Positions 62,409 through 64,000 of a DNA stretch of 64,000 bases are shown one piece after another. The translations under genes and the position numbers were made by a program. Under the pieces are notes generated by a model, which worked only from the letters and a program-made list of their open reading frames with translations, was not told the origin of the DNA and made no database searches. Position 1 is the stretch's first letter; the number at the start of each line of letters is the position of its first letter. The stretch comes from an uncultured cyanobacterium (GTDB taxonomy: Bacteria > Cyanobacteriota > Cyanobacteriia > Cyanobacteriales > Nostocaceae), in the NCBI GenBank assembly GCA_963706595.1, contig OY970166.1, positions 1,984,001-2,048,000 of the forward strand, written 5' to 3'.

Positions 62409-63215
62409 TTATGATTGCTCTTTGGCAATTTGGGCTTTTGCCTGTTGCCATAGAGACTCTAACTCATCCAAACTGTAATCAGAAAGGGGGCGATCAACAA
62501 CCGCCTCCATTTTTTGCAATCTCTGCACAAAGCGCTGATTTGTCCCCTGTAACGCTGCACTAGGGTCAAGATCATGCCAACGCGCCAGTTGCATCACCGC
62601 AAACAATAAATCTCCTAATTCCGCTTGTTGACGTTCTGGTGTTTCCTCAGCCACAGCCTGTTGAAATTCCCCCAACTCCTCATGAAACTTCGCCCAAACC
62701 CCATCAATATTTTCCCACTCAAAGCCAACACCCGCAGCCTTTTGGGAAATCTTCATCGCCGCCATCAGAGGGGGAAGAGTCCGATAATAACGAGCCAGTT
62801 TATTACTAAATTGATGCTTTTCTGCAACTTCCCCCTTCTCCTGTGCCTTAATCGCCTCCCAATTTTGCCGTACCTCATCCACACCATCCACCGACACATC
62901 ACCAAAAACATGAGGATGACGACGAATCAACTTTTGAGAAATTCCCCGCACAACCTCCTCCAAATTAAAATCCCCCGACTCTCCAGCAATTTGGGCTTGC
63001 AAAACCACCTGTAAAAGTAAATCCCCCAACTCCTCCTTAATCCCCTCCCAATCCCCCTCACGAATCGCATCAACCACCTCATAAGCCTCCTCAATCACAT
63101 AAGGAATCAGACTTTGAGGAGTTTGTGCCAAATCCCAAGGACAACCCCCATCAGGCGATCGCAACTTAGCCACCACCGAAATCAACTCTTGTAAAGCCAC
63201 CAAACTCCCATCCAT
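62409..63215 (-). CDS. mazG: Nucleoside triphosphate pyrophosphohydrolase MazG
   Basis: LRSPDGGCPWD, EEAYE, EELGDLLLQ, RRHPHVF, second ELGDLLF. Confidence 0.93.
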   Translation of the reverse strand: MDGSLVALQELISVVAKLRSPDGGCPWDLAQTPQSLIPYVIEEAYEVVDAIREGDWEGIKEELGDLLLQVVLQAQIAGESGDFNLEEVVRGISQKLIRRHPHVFGDVSVDGVDEVRQNWEAIKAQEKGEVAEKHQFSNKLARYYRTLPPLMAAMKISQKAAGVGFEWENIDGVWAKFHEELGEFQQAVAEETPERQQAELGDLLFAVMQLARWHDLDPSAALQGTNQRFVQRLQKMEAVVDRPLSDYSLDELESLWQQAKAQIAKEQS

Positions 63216-63241
63216 AAAAAAACCTCCGCGTACCTTTGCGC

Positions 63242-63820
63242 TTACCTTAGCGTACCTCTGCGTTTAACTCCTCCCTTCCTCCTCCCCTTCTTCCCAGCAA
63301 ACAAACTCCGCACCCCCTGCTTCTGCACCCGCTTATAAGCCGAACCCCCCCAATCGCTGAGAGAATGACTCATAGCACCGAGTTCCAACCCCAAAAACAG
63401 AGCCAAATATTCCGTAGTATAAACCACAAGCGATCGCCCCAAAGCCACACTTAAATCCTGCCAAGTCACAGCCAAAATCCCCAGCTTCTCCCCCACCACC
63501 AAAAACACCGTAGCCACCAGCGCCAGGAAACAGCCCAGATAAATCACCCGGATAATTGTCCCAATAATCGGCCCATGAGAAAAAACAGAACGATGGCGCA
63601 GCTTTTTTTGATAAGGTCGCCAAATACAGCGCAAAAAGCCCCAGCGTTGGAACTGACGCGAGTAAATATCCAAATCGGGGCCGAACATCAAACCGCTAAA
63701 CATAAACCCACTAGCAACCAACAAAGTTAAATTGCTGCTGCGAGTTTGCCATAAAGTCACACCGGCGATTACAGGCAGAGTATATAAGGTGATGCGATCG
63801 TGGGTTCCACCAGAGGGCAT
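63242..63820 (-). CDS. Putative metal-binding membrane protein (DUF2227-like)
   Basis: MPSGGTHD, GPDLD, HRS..SHGP, SHSLSD. Confidence 0.8.
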   Translation of the reverse strand: MPSGGTHDRITLYTLPVIAGVTLWQTRSSNLTLLVASGFMFSGLMFGPDLDIYSRQFQRWGFLRCIWRPYQKKLRHRSVFSHGPIIGTIIRVIYLGCFLALVATVFLVVGEKLGILAVTWQDLSVALGRSLVVYTTEYLALFLGLELGAMSHSLSDWGGSAYKRVQKQGVRSLFAGKKGRRKGGVKRRGTLR

Positions 63821-63896
63821 AATGCAGTTAAATCGCCTGTGGGCAAAGGATTACTGAGTTATTATTGTACGTGAAAAAAAACTTTTCCCAAAGGGC

Positions 63897-63925
63897 TTGC
63901 GCGATTAGAAATTCTTTGCTATATT
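63897..63925 (+). promoter_or_regulatory. Probable sigma70 promoter of tRNA-Val
   Basis: TTGCGC-17bp-TATATT, ending 20 nt upstream of the tRNA. Confidence 0.5.
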
Positions 63926-63945
63926 GGTTTACTGTAAGACAAAAC

Positions 63946-64000
<55 letters not shown>

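Overview
64-kb chromosomal window from a filamentous, probably heterocyst-forming (Nostocales-type) cyanobacterium. The assignment rests on abundant HIP1 octamers (GCGATCGC), STRR heptamer tracts, Uma2/DUF29/GUN4 proteins, crtW and an Hlip. The backbone is housekeeping: murD (frameshifted in this assembly), glyS, nnr, murT/gatD-like pair, typA, prs, bioD, cysE, hrcA, crtW, aroC, proA, a BMP-type ABC transporter, mazG, tRNA-Lys(CTT) and a partial tRNA-Val(TAC). Accessory and defence-type material is scattered through it: (i) an AT-rich, integrase-less island with a complete type I restriction-modification locus beside the 3' end of tRNA-Lys; (ii) a decayed SF2 helicase plus PD-(D/E)xK nuclease gene resembling Hna; (iii) an ABC-ATPase plus DUF4276/TOPRIM-like pair; (iv) an orphan Lhr/SngC-like helicase. 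Items not in the ORF track include a 210-bp non-autonomous IS200/IS605 element that seems to keep a TnpB omega-RNA scaffold and TAM, tiny repeats inserted in-frame into genes (two at HIP1 sites), REPIN- and MITE-like elements, a 34-aa Lys-rich sORF and an aldehyde dehydrogenase tail fragment whose antisense strand gives a Cys-containing uORF. One Ser/Thr kinase has DFG changed to GFG. No CRISPR array was seen. All family calls come from motif recognition by eye; no database searches were run.
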